64,000 bases of DNA from Octopus vulgaris (Eukaryota), in the NCBI GenBank assembly GCA_951406725.2, contig OX597843.1, positions 13,640,001 through 13,704,000 on the forward strand, given 5' to 3'. The notes below the pieces were generated by a model. That model saw nothing but the letters and a program-made list of their open reading frames with translations. It made no database searches and was not told the DNA's origin. Below are positions 1 through 12,550 of this stretch, in pieces. How positions within the stretch are numbered: the stretch's first letter is position 1; every line of letters starts with the position of its first letter. The translations under genes and the position numbers were made by a program.

Positions 1-71
1 TGGTACTTATTTCATCAAACCCCCAAAAGATGAAAGGCAAAGTTGATGGCAGCATTTCATCCAGTGTGTTA

Positions 72-204
72 ACCCTGATGTAATCTCCAGGGATACAGGC
101 ATCCAGCAACAGGACCTCCGTAATGCCATGATGGACCGTGAAGTCTGGCGTAGCATAGTAAATTCCATTGTCTCGACCACGGTTGAACAATGATGATGAT
201 GATG
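72..204 (+). mobile_element. 3' tip of the same RTE-like LINE
   Basis: Near-identical to the reverse complement of ~19300-19430; ends in (TGA)n. Confidence 0.85.
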
Positions 205-1001
205 TGTTAATAATTCTGCTAGTTTTCAACTTTCATACTAATAATGATTTCAAGTTTATGCCACAAGGGCAGTGTGGGGGCGGGGATTAAATCAATTACA
301 TCGACCCCAAAATTTCACTGGTACTTCATTTGTCGATCCTGAAAGGATGAAAGGCAAAGTTGACCTCGGTGGAATTTGAACTCAGAACACAGCAATGGGC
401 AATATGCCCTGAAGAATTTCACCTGGTGGGTGAACGATTCTGCAAGCTCACTACCAATAAAAGGAAGAAAATAATGATAATAATAGTGATAATGGTAATA
501 ATGACGGACTCTCCTGTCAAAGACAACTTTTGAATATTCAGCTTTCTGCTGACAGGTGAATGGTTTGCCACTCCTCAGGTATTGAAGTGAGATGAAGTGA
601 CTTGCTCAAGAACACTATGCACTACCTGGTCTAGGAATTGAAATCACAATCTAGATTTTTCTGATTTCGGCACAAGGCCAGCAATTTTGACCATTACCCT
701 CCCCACCAGTATGAATCTGGTACTTTATTTTATTGACCTTAAAGGAATGAAAGGCAAAGTCAGTCTTGGTGGGATTTGAACTCAGTATGTAAAGAGCCAG
801 AACAATAGCACAAGGTATCTTTTGCGATGCTCTACTGATTCTGCTGATCCAAAAGGGGAAAAGAAAGGGACAAAAGTAAAGGAAAAACAACAACAAAAAT
901 ATTGAAAATACAAACAAAACAATAACAAAAAAACAAACAATAAAATTTGCAGAATATAGTGTATTGTGTATGTAAATTGCATGTGTATGTTTGTGTGTGT
1001 A

Positions 1002-1045
<44 letters not shown>

Positions 1046-1224
1046 ATAATAATAATATTATTACGGAGTATAACTCCAAACTTACAGGGAAAAATTCAAT
1101 TTGATATTAAATCAAATTTCACAATATAAATATATATATATATATAAATTGGAGAAAAACCACTATTATGCAATTCAAACAATGATAGACATAAACCATA
1201 TCGTCATCGTTGTCATCGTCATCA

Positions 1225-1545
1225 TCATCATCATCATCGTTTAACGTCCGTTTTCCATGCTAGCATGGGTTGGACGGTTCGAAGCCAGGTGGCTGCACCA
1301 GGCTCCAGTCTGATCTGGCAGTGTTTCTACAGCTGGATGCCCTTCCTAACGCCAACCACTCCACGAGTGTAGTGGATGCTTTTTACGTGTCACCAGCACA
1401 GGGGCCAGAGGATACTGGCAACGGCCACGATCGGTTGGTGCTTTTTACATGCCACCGTCACGGAAGCCAGTCAAGGTGGCGCTGGCATTGACCACATACG
1501 GAAGGTGCTTTTTACGTGCCACCGGCACAGGTGCCAGGGAAGGCT
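1225..1545 (-). mobile_element. 3'-UTR-only copy of the RTE family at 24035-25795
   Basis: (CAT)n-CGTTTAACGTCCG...CAGCTGGATGCCCTTCCTAACGCCAACC. Confidence 0.85.
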
Positions 1546-1771
1546 AAAAGTAAAATATATCATAAAACATATATCTAGATCACAAAAAGTACATAATAAT
1601 AACTAAACAGTATATAATAAGTAAAAAGACTATTATATACTGCTTCTTTACTATTATGTACTTTTTGTGATCCAGTTATTTGTTTTATAATATATTTTAT
1701 TTTTTATTATTTATTTATGATTTGGTTTATGTCTATCATTGTTTGAATTGCATAATAGTGGCTTTTCTCTA

Positions 1772-1815
<44 letters not shown>

Positions 1816-1966
1816 AGATATGTATATATATATATCTGTATTTATACATATATATATATATGTATATAAATAAAAGGTTTTTAACATGAGAAGATGGAAT
1901 GAACAAGCTTTATTCCAAATCACTACAATATAACCAGATAATATCAAATATATGTATACATGTATG

Positions 1967-2001
<35 letters not shown>

Positions 2002-2936
2002 TATATTTATATATATATATATATCTAAAATAGGATAAAATTTTTTGCAAAAAATTTTATCATTGGTCAGTATATTAAAAAATACCTTTAAAGGTTAAAT
2101 TTATAAATTACTTATAAAACAAGGGCAAAAGAAAAAAAATTCTAATGCCAAATTTGCCGAAAATAGACAAATTGTCAATAACCTTTATAATGTATCACTA
2201 TTAACATGCGTCTCGAAACTAGCCGACAGAAATATAAAAAAAATAACGGTAATAACGGAATTTTTTTAAAAATTTCTATCGGCTAGTTTCGAGACGCATG
2301 TTAATAGTGATAAATTATAAAGGTTATTGACAATTTGTCTATTTTCGGCAAATTTGGCATTAGAATATTTTTCTTTTGCCTTTGTTTTATAAGTTATATA
2401 TATATATATATGTATGTATGTACGTATGAATGTATGCATATATATATATATTATACTTTTACAACAAGAAGGGTGACCAAGATGTTGAAGTATCAGTCTA
2501 ATACCCTCCATCAGACTATCTAACGGGCCAGGACTTCGAAGTCACTGTCAGCCTTTCCTTTGTAAAAGTCAATATGTACTCTACATAAGAAATTGAGTCC
2601 TTCTTCATAATTTTCTTGTTAAATTGTTCTTTTTGTAACTTGACATGAAAACAAACATTTCTTACATACACACTTCTATCTTTCTCTTGCTTTTAGGCTG
2701 CGGCCATGCTGGGGCACCACCTCGAAGGGTTTAGTCCAATGAGTTGACTCCAACAACTTGCATTTTTTTCTAAATTTGGCACTTATCCGTACAGTCATGT
2801 TTGCTGAGCTGCTAAGTTATGGGGACACAAACGAACCAACTCTGGTTGTGAAGCATTGTTGGAGGAGAATCACAATCACAAAAAGTATGCACACACACAC
2901 ACACACACAGACACTCAAATATATATATGTGGGTGG

Positions 2937-2970
<34 letters not shown>

Positions 2971-2975
2971 GTGCA

Positions 2976-3392
2976 TATCATCATCATCGTTTAACGTCCG
3001 TTTTCCACGCTAGCACGGGTTGGACGGTTTGACCAGGGTCTGGGAAGCCAGGGGCTGCACCAGGCTCCAGTCTGATCTGGCAGTGTTTCTGCAGCTGGAT
3101 GCCCTTCCTAACGCCAACCAGTCCGAGAGTGTAGTGGATGCTTTTTACGTGCCACCGGCACAGGTGTCAGGTGAGTCTGGCATCAGCCACGATCGGTTGG
3201 TGCTTTTAACATGCCACCGGCACGGAAGCCAGTCAAAGCGGCGCTGGCATCGGCCACGTTCGGATGGTGCTTTTTATGTGCCACCGGCACGGAAGCCAGT
3301 CAAAGCGGCGCTGGCATTGGCCACGTTCGGATGGAGCTTTTTATGTGCCACCGGCACAGAAGCCAGTTGAGGCGGCGCTGGCATCAGGCACG
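2976..3392 (-). mobile_element. 3'-UTR-only copy of the RTE family with ~67-bp internal subrepeats
   Basis: Same 3' end; GCCACCGGCACGGAAGCCAGTCAAAGCGGCGCTGGCAT at 3213 and 3280. Confidence 0.85.
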
Positions 3393-3634
3393 TTATATAT
3401 GTATATATATATATATATATGATGGGTGTCTTTCAGTTTCTGTCTACCAAATCTGCTTACAAATATCTGGTTGATCTAAGGCTACAGTAGAAGACATTTG
3501 ACGAAAGTACCATGTATTGGGACTGAACCTGAAACCATGTGCTTGGGAAGCAAACAACTTACCACACAGCCATGTGCATATGTGTACATAAATACAATTG
3601 TGTGTGTGTGTGTGTGGGGGAGAAATATTTGAGA

Positions 3635-3680
<46 letters not shown>

Positions 3681-3941
3681 AAAGGTGGGGGGCAATGACA
3701 CAGGAAGCAGTTGCCTTGATAAGAAAGGAACCCTGGGAAGAAAGACGAAAAACAATGAAATTTTCATTACACCGGTTCTAACAATATTTGTGACAACAAC
3801 AACAACAACAATCAATAATAATAACAACAATAATAGTCACTGTACTATAACCTAATAGTTTCTGATTTCGTTCAAATATACATGCGAATGTATATGTACA
3901 CATACAGATAAGTGTGCGTGTGTGTGTATGTATATACACCT

Positions 3942-3981
<40 letters not shown>

Positions 3982-4326
3982 TATAAATTTAATTGGGGTA
4001 TTGACTTTGTAGTTTGCTTTATAAAGCCTGTCTAGAGGTATTGGCTATCAGACAACATTTTGCAGGGAATATTGATCAGATTGCTCAACATGCATCTGTA
4101 ATCCATAAAGTACCAATAAGGTTTACATAAATACAAATATTAACAAAGAAAACGGACAGAGCAGAATTGCCACTTGCCAATATTACTGGACTTATACTGA
4201 TTCAATCTATTATTTCATATATTATATAGTAATATTTCAGCAATGAACTTCTGGTAAAATGATGATGAAACAATTGTAGCATTATGCAATAAAATATGTT
4301 GCTCAATCCATCATCTTTGTTAAAAT

Positions 4327-4379
<53 letters not shown>

Positions 4380-4669
4380 TATATGTAAGTATTTATATAT
4401 ATATGTGTGTATGAATGTGTGTGTATATGTATGTGTGTGTATATATATATATATATACACACACATACATATATACATACATATGGACACATACACACAC
4501 AAGAATAATGCATAAGAGGTTTGATTGTGGAGTTTGTGATGAGCAATTAAGAGAATGTTGGCAAGGAGTGAGAGTGGCACATTATCTCTCCTCTGAAAGC
4601 CCCGGCCCCACTGCTCCACCATCACGGTCACCCCCATTCCCAGCAGGACCTCCCTCGTTATCACAATAA

Positions 4670-4853
4670 CTATTTTGGGTCCTTTGATGGCTCGTCTATT
4701 GCCTGCTGCATCAGATGTAGTTGTTCCGAGATCTCAAGTAGCTGTTTGGCCATGTTTTTATTCAACTTGCGAGGGGCTGGACCGGCCCCTTGCCTGTTTG
4801 AAGCTTGCTTCCCCACTTGTGGTGCTTTTTCCTCAGTGTCTTGAATGATATGT
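4670..4853 (-). CDS. RASAL1: RasGAP gene terminal coding exon: HIIQDTEEKAPQVG...LLEISEQLHLMQQAIDEPSKDPK-stop
   Basis: (CT)n...CAG acceptor; phase 2 fits; TAG stop at 4670-4672. Confidence 0.82.
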
Positions 4854-4944
4854 CTGGAGAATGGAGAGAGAGAGAGAGAGAAAAAGAAAAGCAGAAAATT
4901 AACGTAGAAAACAAAAAACAAACACAAACCTATATACACAATGT

Positions 4945-5189
4945 GTACACACACACACACAGAGACACACATATACACACAACCACACACAGACACACAC
5001 ACAGACACACATACACAGAGACACACACACATACAGACACACAGACACACACATAGAGACACACACATACACAGAGACACACACAGACACACACACACAG
5101 ACACACACACACACAGACACACACATACACAGAGACACACACAGACACAGACACACACACACATACAGAAACACACACAACCACACACA

Positions 5190-5245
<56 letters not shown>
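4945..5245. repeat. Compound (CA)n/(CAGA) microsatellite
   Basis: Direct inspection. Confidence 0.95.
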
Positions 5246-5248
<3 letters not shown>

Positions 5249-5381
5249 TCATAAATGACAGAGATGATTTGATGAAATTTTATTTAAAAATAACAAAATT
5301 CCAATATCATGACAAATTGTTTTGTAATTTAAAAGCATGTATAAAAAAAAACAGAATTTAATTTTCCCAGTGAACTGAAAT

Positions 5382-5605
5382 TCATCATCATCACCATTTA
5401 GCGTCCGTTCTCCATGCTGGCATGGGTTGGACGGTTCGACCTGGGGTCTGGGAAGTCAGAAGGCTGCACCAGGCTCCGGTCTTATCTGGCAAAGTTTCTA
5501 CAGCTGGATGCCCTTCCTAACGCCAACAACTCTGTGAGTGTAGTGGGTGCTTTTTACGTGCCACCTGCACTGGTGCCAGGCGAGGCTGGCATCGGCCACG
5601 GTTGG
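5382..5605 (-). mobile_element. 3'-UTR-only copy of the RTE family
   Basis: Same 3' end and tail. Confidence 0.8.
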
Positions 5606-6944
5606 ATTGATTGACTGTACATAAACATTTATAATTGTAAAGCTGTATTGAAAAGCTAATTTCATATGTTTAACATGTAATTTGTAAATGCCTTGTATAA
5701 ATTGATGTGTTAAAGTCAAGTTGAGCAGTTATAAAAACCCTGGATTTTGGGAAAAACTTTAGTGTTTGTGGAACATAGCTAAACTCCACAACACTAAAAT
5801 TTTTACCCAAAATCCAGGGTTTTTATAACTGCTCAACTCGACTTTAAAGAATTGAAATCACATAAAAACATTCTTTAACTAATTTTTAGAATTCCTATCT
5901 GAGCAGTTATTTCAACCAATGGGAAAACGACAATCATAATTCTTCGGCAATACGACATTATGTCATTTTGCCAGCTGCCACAAATTGGCGCTACTATTTG
6001 AAAATGGCTATACGCTACACATGTAAATAATTTATATTATTTTGTATAAAATGAAAAATAAATTACGTAAAGTATACTAGCCATCTCAATATGGCTAACC
6101 ACTAGGGGTGGGTGTTACTGTAGCTTTTAGCCCCAGGAGATCATCGTCTCCAGCGTCTCCGGTGATTAGCGTGTGTTGACAAGAGACAATAATCTCGAAA
6201 CTGCAGTCCATGCTTATCACTTAGGTTTTCGAGGGGGGATGACCACCCTTTGCAAATATCATAAGGGCACAGAAATTGTGCCTAAAGCCAGCTGGAGACG
6301 ATGATCTCCTGGGGCTAAAAAGCTACAGTAACACCCACCCTTAGTGGTTAGCCATATTGAGATGGCAAATATACTTTACGTTGTGGAGCGGTTACTGTTT
6401 ACATCTTGCTCAGAGAAAAATAAATTATACACTCGTTATTACTTTCTCTTGTATTGTACTATATATTCTACGTGTTTTGTAGAATGATACATCAGGGAGC
6501 TTTGCTATGAGTACTCCTGGATTACTTGAATGCATAGATTGTGAATTAAATATATGTGTGTATACACACACATACTGCTGAGACCATGGGATTGCACCTA
6601 GAAAGTTACCCTCCCAGGCGCAAGTCCAGGCAAGGTTGTTTATGGAAGACCAGCAGTCGCCCATGCATACCGGCCTCCCCTCTCCACGCCACCAGTGTTA
6701 TCCAAGGGAAAGGCAAAGGGGCCGATACAGTTTGGCACCTGTGATGTCGCAACTCATTTCTACAGCTGAGTGAACTGGAGCAACGTGAAATAAAGTGTCT
6801 TGCTCAAGAACACAACACGCAGCCCGGTCCGGGATTTGAACTCACAACCTCACGATCGTAAGCTCAATGCACTAACCGCTGAGCCATGTGCTTTCACACA
6901 CACATACATATAATATATATATATACACAATATATATATATATA

Positions 6945-7115
6945 GGCGCAGGAGTGGCTGTGTGGTAAGTAGCTTGCCTACCAACCACATGGTTCCGGGT
7001 TCAGTCCCACTGCGTGGCATCTTGGGCAAGTGTCTTCTTCTATAGCCTCGGGCCGACCAATGCCTTGTGAGTGGATTTGGTAGACGGAAACTGAAAGAAG
7101 CCTGTCGTATATATG

Positions 7116-7164
<49 letters not shown>

Positions 7165-7368
7165 ATATGTTTGTGTGTCTGTGTTTGTCCCTCTAGCATT
7201 GCTTGACAACCTATGCTGGTGTGTTTATGTCCCCGTCACTTAGCGGTTCGGCAAAAGAGACCGATAGAATAAGTACTGGGCTTACAAAGAATAAGTCTCG
7301 GGGTCGATTTGCTCGACTAAAGGCGGTGCTCCAGCATGGCCGCAGTCAAATGACTGAAAGAAGTAAAA
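6945..7368 (+). mobile_element. tRNA-derived SINE family A (internal TA/TG microsatellite)
   Basis: Head GGCGCAGGAGTGGCTGTGTGG (A box)...GGTTCAGTCCC (B box); tail GAAACAAGTAAAAGAG-like; >12 copies in the window. Confidence 0.92.
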
Positions 7369-7851
7369 AACTAAAAAAAAAACTAACTAAAACTAAACTC
7401 ATTACTGCTTGACAACTGGTGTTGGTACATCTGTGGTCCCGTAACTTAGCAGTTCGGAAAAAAGAAACTGATAGAATAATACCATGTTCACAAGAACAAT
7501 AAATAAATGTTGAGGTCAATTTCATTCAACTAAAAATTCTCCAAGGCAATGCTCCAGCTTGGCCAGAGTCAAATGATTGAAACAAGAAAAAGAAAAAAAT
7601 ATAAAAAGTTCTACAATAGTTTTGTCTTGACAGCTGTTTCAGGAGAACCACAGCTAATGCAGTAACCACGTTCATACATAACAAAGGCCTTTATTGTAGA
7701 TGGCATTGCAAAAATGTGGGCAATGGTTAGGGTCAGTCAATACCTTCCTCCTTCTCTACCACTGCCACCTGGTGACAATGAAAAGGGCCTCAGGCTTTGT
7801 CCTGTCTTTCTCTGATCACCCCCTCCCCCATTACAAAGTAAAGATACTCAC

Positions 7852-7972
7852 TGTAGTTGTGTCTGTCGGGCTATCAGCTGGCTACACACTGTCTGCGCCT
7901 CCATGTCACAGTCGATAGGGTCCATCCACTCTTGTAGTGTAACCTTGTTGTGGGTGGGGCTGCATCCCACAG
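7852..7972 (-). CDS. RASAL1: RasGAP gene exon: VGCSPTHNKVTLQEWMDPIDCDMEAQTVCSQLIARQTQL
   Basis: CAG acceptor, GTGAGT donor, 121 nt, phase 1 to 2; RASAL1/RASA4-type tail. Confidence 0.92.
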
Positions 7973-8724
7973 CTGTTGGGGTTAAGGGTAGGAGGAAGAG
8001 GAGAGAAAAGAAAAACAAAAAGAGAAAAATATTAAGAGAAAAAAGAGGTAACTGGTGAAAACTGTAAAATCAGTAGTTATCATCATCACCACCATCACCG
8101 CATTCATCATCACAACCATCACTACCACTATCATAACCATGACCACCACCGATTTATTGATTTTTACAAAACTTGACACGTGAGTAGAACTCATGTCTCG
8201 AAACCTAGTGACATACTTAAATTATTGAAAAAATCGATAATAGGGCCTCTGGAAGGGATCCTTATATCTACTTCATAAAACTAATATATTTCATTTAAGC
8301 ATCCAAGGGAAATAACCCATTCGCTTCTAGAAGGGATTCCTTAATATAGCCAAGGGAAATAACCCATTCATCTTCGTAAATTATTTGGTATTAAAGACTC
8401 CGCCGGTTACGACGACGAGGGTCCCAGCTGATACGATCAACGGAACAGCTTGCTCGTGAAATTATTTATTTGAATTCTTACTATTGGGTAACTAATTTCA
8501 TGTTATTACATAACTGACTTCACAATTTGGGTATTCATAACTTATTGGGAATTCCTAAAAACAAGATCCTGTGTAAGACACTTTGGTATTTTCTGTAAAT
8601 ACACAAAAACCGTTTTAAGGGCTACATACTTTGTATTGTTGTTACTGGATTTGCGAAACAATTATGAGAATGGAATCAAGGGATAAGCCCCGCTTTCCCA
8701 GGAATTACAGGGTACGTCAGCTAG

Positions 8725-9030
8725 TACATACATAGATACATACATAAAACAGTTGGGTGTTTTGAGGGAGATTTGGCTGCTATTTCTACCAGGTCTAGCT
8801 ACCAGGTAGAGGTCTCCCTCATTGGTTCATACATACATACATACATACATAAGACAGTGAGGTGCGATTTGAGGAAGATTTGGCTGCTATTTCTACCAGG
8901 TCTAGCTACCAGGTAGAGGTCTCCCTCATTGGTTCATACATGCATACATACATACATACATAAGACAGTGAGGTGCAATTTGAGGAAGATTTGGCTGCTA
9001 TTTCTACCAGGTCTGGCTACCATTGGCTCA
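8725..9030. repeat. Short diverged array (~3 units) of the same 107-bp satellite
   Basis: GATTTGGCTGCTATTTCTACCAGGTCTAGCTACC...GTAGAGGTCTCCCTCATTGG plus (TACA)n repeated. Confidence 0.93.
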
Positions 9031-9746
9031 TCTCTATATATAAAACTGAAATGCGTTTTAACCGCTTGGATCGCTTTCAATGCCACTACGTCCCTTCCGA
9101 TTCGCTCCAAAATTTACAGGGACATGTAGAATGAAGTGACGATGCCCGTGGGCTACCTTAGAAATCCCTATCTTGAAAGATGTGGTTGCTAGGGGCCATC
9201 TTCCTCACTCAAGCTATTTCCTCCTTTCCCTCTCTTACTACCCTCATATATAACTTTGAGAAGTCCACTCCCGTTATTTAATGTATTCCCCTCAACTCCC
9301 TTCCACTCTCCCTTTATAAGTTCGTCAGACGGCTTTCTTTGATATATCTGTCTGCATTCATAGGGAGAATTATCATCGCCACCAACAACACACAATCATG
9401 AGAACAAATATTATGAATTAGATATTCATTGCGTTCATTTATATATGTGTGTGTGTGTTCGATATATAAATATGTATATATAATGTATATATACAAAGTG
9501 TATATATCTGTATTTATGTATATTAAACTTTTTAATACTTTTTGATAGTTATATACATTTTTAAACAAATTATAAATATAATTTAATAATTTTTATTTTA
9601 AATTTAAATAATTAAAATTTTTCAATTTTATATATTTTCTATATTATATTTTTATTTTTGTTTTTGTTTCTTTTTTGGCTATTAGTGGTTTTATCTCTAA
9701 TTTAATTTATACATATATATATATATAATTTGTATATATAATGCGT

Positions 9747-9797
<51 letters not shown>

Positions 9798-11158
9798 ATG
9801 TGTGCATTATGTGGTCGGTCGGTTCAGCTGAAAATATGCACACCTATTAACCCTTTCGTTACTATATTTCTGACCAAAATACACCCCTTATGTGTTTCAA
9901 TTAATTTCTAACATAATCATAAAGTTAGTCTGGTTTCATTAAACAACTATAACTTTTTCATTTATCAATATATTAATCTGATTTTCGGAAGATAATTTAA
10001 TGAAATGTTCTCAACCAATTCTATACTATAATTTTTTGTCACAAAGTGACTCTAATTGCAGGTAGATACAGGTAAATTCAACAAAATATAAAATTATTAA
10101 AATTTTGTTCAAACATCGCTATAGAAAATGGGTTATTAGCTAATATTCAATTGGGTATACAACAAAATTTTACGATAGAATTTGTTATTCTGGGTAACTT
10201 TCTGATACCCATAATAATATTTATGGCAAAATAGTCTTAATTTCATTTAAGGTTGTGGGAAACTACTAACTATCCTTTCTTTCACTTTGTTTACATTTAG
10301 CGTAACGGTTCGTTTCCGCCGTAATGATTTCAAATAGGCTCATTCGAAAAAGTAAAAAGAAATAGTCTAAGGCTTTACTCTCCTGGGAAAGTCTGTGGCT
10401 TGGTCCAGTTTCTTCAGAAAAATCACCGAAAGAAACAGTTTTTCAATTTTCACTCCATTCAGGTGCCAATTCATTTTCTTTATCGCTGTCGGAGCTGGGG
10501 CCCGAATGAAATTGGGTTATATTAACCAAAAGGTGAAAAGGGGTATAAATGGGGCTGGAAGGGGATTAAAATTTAAAGGAGTGAGTGTTTAGGAATTCTC
10601 TGTTACATCAAGCTAAAAAATTTGCGCCAGCCTTTTAATCTTCAATGTGTTGCCGTCCATGATGAAGAGGTTTTGAATGCTTGCCATGGTGAGTCTACTG
10701 TCGTGAGAAAGAATCACTTCAAAACTTGGTGTTTACGAACTTTCTTTTACATCAAGTTCAAAATTTTACGCCAGCCGTTAAACTGTCAATACGTTGCTGT
10801 CCGTCGTTAAGAAATGCCAGTCATGGTGACTCTACTATCCTCACATTCTATCCCTTCAAACTTTGCTTTCCAATATTTTATTATTTTTATTCAGCTCGCA
10901 AGTTCGTCTGTCCCTTTTAAATGTTAGTGTTTTGCTGTCTGCCTTGAAGCAGACCTTTCCGTTGCCACTGCCTGATATTTATGATTGATCTTTCTAAATA
11001 TTTTATTTCTCAACTTACTCAAGATCTTTTGTTGTTTATAAATGGGAGAGAGATAGATAAAGATAGAGAGTAAGAGAAAGTGAGGGAGAGTCCGAGAGAA
11101 AAGAGAAGTAAGAGAGTGGGAAAGTGAGAGAGAAAGGAGAGAGAAACAAAGAGGGAGA

Positions 11159-11474
11159 ATCATCATCATCATCATCATCATCGTTTAACGTCCGTTTTCC
11201 GTGCTAGCACGGGTTGGACAGTTTGACCGGGGTCTGGGAAGCCAGGAGGCTGCACCAGGCTCCAGTCTGATATGGCAGTGTTTCTACAGGTGGATGACCT
11301 TCCTAACGCCAACCACTCTGTGAGTGTAGTGGGTGCTTTTTCGAGCCGCCGGCACAGGTGCCAGGGGGGCTGGCAGCGGCAACGATCGGTTGGTGCTTTT
11401 TACGTGTCACTGTCACAGAAGCCAGTCAAGGCGGCGCTGCAATCGGCCACGTTCGGATGGTGCTTTTTACGTGC
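11159..11474 (-). mobile_element. 3'-UTR-only copy of the RTE family
   Basis: Same 3' end and (CAT)n tail. Confidence 0.85.
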
Positions 11475-11932
11475 TGAAAGGAAGCAAAAGAAAGTAACAA
11501 CCACACTCTTACCCGCGCGTAGAGCGGGTCACCTTCAGCTAATCTAATATATAAATTCCGTTCTGTCTGTTTCTTGTGCGCTTATAACTCAAGTGTTGTT
11601 CATCCAATCACGCTGAAATTTTAAACATGAGTGCAACAATCTCTACACCTCACAGTACAATATTTGTACCCTTTAAAAAGAAGCTGCTGTTGCTATTTTT
11701 CTGAATTTATTTTACATTGTGTACACCCAGATTGGAACTTTTACCTTGCACCAGAGAACATTATAGATTGTCTGAAGACAAAACATATCACCAATGAAAA
11801 TATGTGTGCTTGCACATATTTGATGAATTTTCAAAATTTTAGTCATTCTATTGACAGGTTTGTCAACAGAAAGTGCGCTAAAAAAAACCCCTCTTTCTAT
11901 CAGGAAAGGTACATTTACAGAAAACTCTAAGC

Positions 11933-12125
11933 CAGTGCTTTTCAACCTTTTTGCTGGAGTGGAACCCCAAGAAAACATTTCACTGGCTCGAGGAACCCCT
12001 GTGCAATAATTTAATTGTCTTATGCACACATATCTGCACAGGAGAATTAAAAATTACTGTTGATTTTTGTAACTTCTTGTGGAACCCCTGGACTGTACTG
12101 GCGGAACCCTGGTTGAAAACCACTG
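11933..12125. mobile_element. hAT (Charlie/Buster-like) MITE
   Basis: TIR CAGTGSTTTTCAACC (14/15); perfect 8-bp TSD CTCTAAGC. Confidence 0.92.
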
Positions 12126-12170
12126 CTCTAAGCTGTCATTTTTCATTTAGTAATTGATTTTATTTTCGAA

Positions 12171-12550
12171 TTGCCTGTGACAATATCTGCAAGAATGGAT
12201 TGCATTGATATAAAAACTGCCGTTCAGGGGTGCCAGTTCTGTAGAGATGTTTGTTCAGGAAAACTGCTGCAGGACAAAACTCCCATTGGTGGTCTGGATC
12301 ATACAGTGGAGATCGATGAAAGCTTGTTCTTCAATAGCAAGAACAATGTAGGAAGAATGTGTCGCAAAACTTGGGTTGTTGGATGTTATGACACCCGATA
12401 GGAGTACAGAGATGTTGGAGAATGTTTTCAGACAAAACGTTCTTCCAGGAACTACTGTTATGACCGACAATTTGGCAAGCTATTGTAATCGCTACATAAT
12501 CGGTTACATTCACCCCTATACTGTAAATCATTCCCCAAATTTCGTAGATC
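12171..12550 (+). pseudogene. Merlin/IS1595-like DDE transposase remnant
   Basis: IGGLDHTVEIDESLF...VGRM..KTWVVG, then frameshifted TTVMTDNLASY...TVNHSPNFVD. Confidence 0.82.

Noticed and set aside
6850-7209. Recurrent small ORFs MSSNARGTNTDTQT... and MLGGQTQTHKH...
   Set aside because: Incidental frames in SINE family A; the frame shifts with microsatellite length.
9851-10980. Full piggyBac-like element
   Set aside because: Left TTAA-CCCTTTCGTTAC end is present but I found no matching right TIR or transposase.
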